A stretch of DNA of 63,522 nt, filler included, from Hausera hauseri (taxonomy: Eukaryota), in assembly GCA_046269625.1 (NCBI GenBank). It is 11 parts of 11 records of this genome, joined end to end, with 100 filler letters (N's around TTAATTAATTAA, not from the genome) between each part and the next. Parts side by side here need not be neighbours in the genome. Positions count along the whole stretch, not along the records: positions 57,020 to 63,522 come from JBJURY010093098.1; 10 more parts are not named here. One strand, written 5' to 3'. Under the pieces are notes generated by a model. That model did not search any database. It worked only from the letters and a program-made list of their open reading frames with translations, and had not been told where the DNA came from. Positions 59,930 through 63,522 of this stretch are shown here, in pieces. The translations under genes and the position numbers were made by a program. Position 1 is the first letter of the stretch. Each line of letters opens with the position of its first letter.

Positions 59930-60660
59930 CCGATTAAAATTACTTTTAATTTGACTTTGTGCGTTTTCTTGGTCTCCTTTCTGTGCCAAAAATTTCCCTG
60001 CCTGTTCCGTGTATGACGCATCGCCACATTTTTGAGATAGAAAGCTGTTCAAAGCTTTATTTTTGACAATTTTGTCACAGAAAGCTTGAGAATGAATTGT
60101 AGTATTGCCAAGAGCAGCCGTAGCGTTGATTTTAACTTCTGGCTTGTGATCCTTCAATATTTGTATGAGTGGATGCATTTCTATACATAGTTCAGCTACA
60201 AAGGGAAACTATAACATCTGAATTGAACAAATTAAAATATCCTGGATCACTGTTGTTATTGGGTTTGATGGCTGGGCAATCGTAAGTAAATTGAATCAAA
60301 AGTTGATCACTCAGAGCTCTGGTGCAATTAAGACTCAAAGAATTGCTCGAAACAAAACTTTCTACAGACGCAAATGGTTCCTTTATAAATCGACTAATAG
60401 CAATATGGAGAAATATCAGAATTCCCTGAGGAGAAAACCATGACCATAGTACATGATTCTCATCAGAATTTGCCGAAAAGCCATCGATAACACCCAGCCT
60501 TTGGGCTAATCTGTGCCCAACATAATCCCATAATCTGTACTCAAAAATTAGTTGTACCAAAGAAAGATCGAGTACTCCATAATTCAGCGGACACATTTGG
60601 CATATTTGATCGAGATCCGTCAAAATATTTTTTGTAGCCTGTACAATTTCATGAGGTACT
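59930..60660 (-). pseudogene. STK36: STK36/Fused kinase C-terminal (ARM/HEAT) fragments, no visible introns
   Basis: FSPQGILIFLHIAISRFIKEP and LIQILKDHKPEVKINATAALGN resemble STK36 C-terminal segments as I recall them. Confidence 0.6.
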
Positions 60661-60699
60661 CATGGAGTACTAATCAGGTACTTGACAATAAAATCTTGA

Positions 60700-62486
60700 T
60701 AATAAAATACCATTTCAAATTCCGATACTGATTTTGAAGTATAAATAGGCAACGAAATTAAACGATTTATATGAAAGTAGGCCACTTGTTGAATTTGCCA
60801 TGTGCCTCTTCTTTTGCGGGTTTTATCAAATATCCTTTTGTCATATTTTTTATCTTTACCAATCATCTTTTGGTCTTGATTGATAAGAAATTTAACATTT
60901 CTGATAGGGAAGGCTGTCTCCATGATTTAAAAGCAGACGGAATTTCATTGAGAAGCTGTTTAAGTGATCTACCCAAATAAAGGATGGCATCATATGACAG
61001 TTTAACCAAATAATTGTAATTCATCAAATTAGCACGAATATAATTTGCTCGATGCTCGTGTTTGATTATAAATTTTCGTTGCCCAAGGATTTGTTCGTAC
61101 CGCATGGTGTTTCAGACGGATTGTGCCACCAATGAGGATTTATAAAAGGATTCAGAAAAAGACATCCTTTATCCAAAGTCATTCCTAAATTTCCGGCAGC
61201 GCACATGACAATTTGAGTACCCCGAACCAAATAATCAACGATAAAAATACTGGCCTGATATTCCTTTTTAGCATTTTTGGGAAATTGGTACGTTTCATTG
61301 TAACTAATATCTTTTTTATTAAGTTCGGCCAGTACATTAATATTGTATCGAATAAGAATACCTCGGTACAACAAATTGTTATCTTTTCTCAACATTCCAA
61401 CTCATTTCCATTTCAGAATGTGAAGGAATTATGATGTATCATATTTGGCAGAGTACTAAAGAAATGGCTGTACTTCATCACGTTGACCCAATAGACGAGC
61501 TGACAAGAATCCGATTCTGAATGTCGGATATTTTGATGACAGCATTGAAAGTCTGTGGACAAAGGCAAACAATAAATCCCATGATACTCTGGTCATGGTC
61601 TTCGAGAATTTTCAGAAACGAATTAAGAATAACGTCCACATCGCACTCGAGTATTTATGATCGGAATGACTCCGTAATGGGAATCGTTGAAAACGTGGCT
61701 GTTCAGGTTCTTTATTCCATGCTATGACGCATTGAACGTTTCCCATGCTTTCTACGAACTGTAATCTGATATTAAAATTAGCAACTAAACTTTATCCTTC
61801 ACGTTCCAATCAACTTTCCATAGAGACCATTTCGGTTTGTTGTTTTTCAGCCAAGTACAAGCGACATTATATTCCACAGCCTTTTTCCTGTCTCAAATTA
61901 ACAAGCTTCAGTAACCCAACGTATTCGTCAGATAGAAATCGTTCAAAAACTTGAAGACTTTCGCCGCATTATCTTTCACATGCTTAGATATCACATTCGT
62001 CAGTTTGAATACTTCGAAATAACAAGAGACATCACGTCTGGAGTCCCAACAATCGGGGAAAAGAATGCGAGTGAAATTTCGTTGGATAGTTTCAACATTT
62101 GGATACCAGTTTAAATGAAATTGTCTTCTGTGGAAAACCGTCGAATGACTTGATGTTTTGTATTCAAATTGATTTTGGAGGAAATGCTCATTTACTGTAC
62201 CGAATTGCTGATTATCATTGAGATGTTCCGATTCATAAATTTCATAGCGCGACTGCGACATATTGCATTGCCGACGATTTGCCAAATAAATCCAAAAATC
62301 ACTAATCATTTGCTGTTCTACTAAAACATTCGATTCATCCGCAACATCGATAAAAATTCCTTTTCGCTCCTTCGGTCCCAAATGACTACTGTAAACACAA
62401 TACCGGTCCAGCAAATCGTTAAAACTCTCTTCCGGATTGATCAATACTTCCATGTTGCTATGCGATACTGTTGAATAATTATTCAT
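60700..62486 (-). pseudogene. Decayed host-like gene, possibly an ANF-receptor/LIVBP extracellular domain
   Basis: KLSYDAILYLGRSLKQLL and IFDKTRKRRGTWQIQQ resemble A.YDAV...A.AL and FD.NG.R...I.Q motifs; multiple frameshifts. Confidence 0.35.
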
Positions 62487-63522
62487 TTATGATAAACGCT
62501 TCAACTTATTCGGTAGATTAATCCCACTTTTGACACCAATTGTGAAACGGCACCATACATAAAAGACAACAAAATGATTTCGAGCTTTATTCAAATTTTT
62601 TTTAATTCAAAATATCAATGATCAATTAAATACACTCAATTATTTTATATAACAAAACATCTATACACATAAATACATAGGAAGTAAATTAACAGTATAA
62701 ACCACAAAAAGCAACTTTGCGCATATAATTCTCACATCTGATAATGATAAAGGAAAAGGAAATAATGCTGCATGTTCATCAACAATGATAAAATTAAATA
62801 TGTTGTCGTATCATCTTGCTATTTCTAGTAGAATCTTTATTTGAATTAAATTTTTAGAATTAGATTGTTTTCGATGGGTTTTATTTTGCACAGTTGGTTT
62901 ACCCGTAGAACAGTGACATCATTACCAAGAATTATGCACTGCACTGGCATAAAATGAACGCCATGCGGGAGAATGGAACTTTATTCAGAGATTTGACCGA
63001 ATTCAAAATTCTTCTGCATGTTAGTAGGGAAAATTGTAGAAGTGTGAAATGACGTAACAATTTCATTTATATCGAAATGAATATAGAGCAACTACATTCG
63101 AATTTGAGCAAATTTCAGTATCTATCTTTGGATTGATATTCGGCGAATGAATTTGATTGGTAGTACCCATCTGATTTGGTGCAGAGATGAATACGTGCGA
63201 CACGAATATAGCTGGAGCGGAAGTTGACTTGAACACTTGTTGAAAGTTGTTTGGACTTGGAGGACAGCTGACTAAATCAAAGGATTGAGCGTTTGGATTA
63301 TGGTGCGTTTGGATTAAGCGTTGACAGCTTCCTGCTTTATCAGCATTCTATTTAGTGCTTTTGTTTTGGTCTTTGATTCTTTGTCATGGCTACTTCATGG
63401 AAGACACGAGTTATGTCCGCAATCGCAGCTGCATTTGCTTCGTTCAGACATTATGCATTATTGATTTTGATTGTTTTGAAATAGTTTGCGGAATAGAATT
63501 TTATTCATTTTGCACGATTTTA

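Noticed and set aside
59627-60178. Single 183-aa gene
   Set aside because: Chimeric read-through of an STK36-like fragment into the low-complexity Gypsy leader

Overview
This window is not one locus. It is 11 contigs joined by artificial 100-bp linkers (N44-TTAATTAATTAA-N44), so adjacency across a linker means nothing. The content is eukaryotic and almost entirely mobile DNA, apparently from two sources: a teleost-like genome (L1 contig; Gypsy part of contig 2) and an AT-rich invertebrate (a flatworm-like parasite is my inference). Recognisable elements are a decayed NeSL-type non-LTR retrotransposon with two Ulp1-like domains, an uninterrupted Helitron Rep-helicase ORF, several Gypsy LTR elements (some nested), a piggyBac fossil, an L1, and Polinton/Maverick pieces (pPolB, integrase, penton, cupiennin-like protein, three copies of one TIR end). 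Fragments of host genes (STK36-like, vigilin-like) are also present. The most novel signal is a set of AT-rich contigs (4, 5, 6, 8) that look like pieces of a very large, enveloped LTR retroelement. They show (i) a polyprotein with a ubiquitin-like domain fused upstream of a chuvirus-type glycoprotein, (ii) a catalytically dead DEDDh/REX4-like nuclease ORF directly before a PPT and TGTTGT LTR start, an arrangement seen in two diverged copies, and (iii) a membrane-anchored polyprotein with 3-4 tandem copies of an unrecognised domain. That these pieces belong to one element is inference and needs long-read confirmation. All protein assignments are by motif recognition, not database search.
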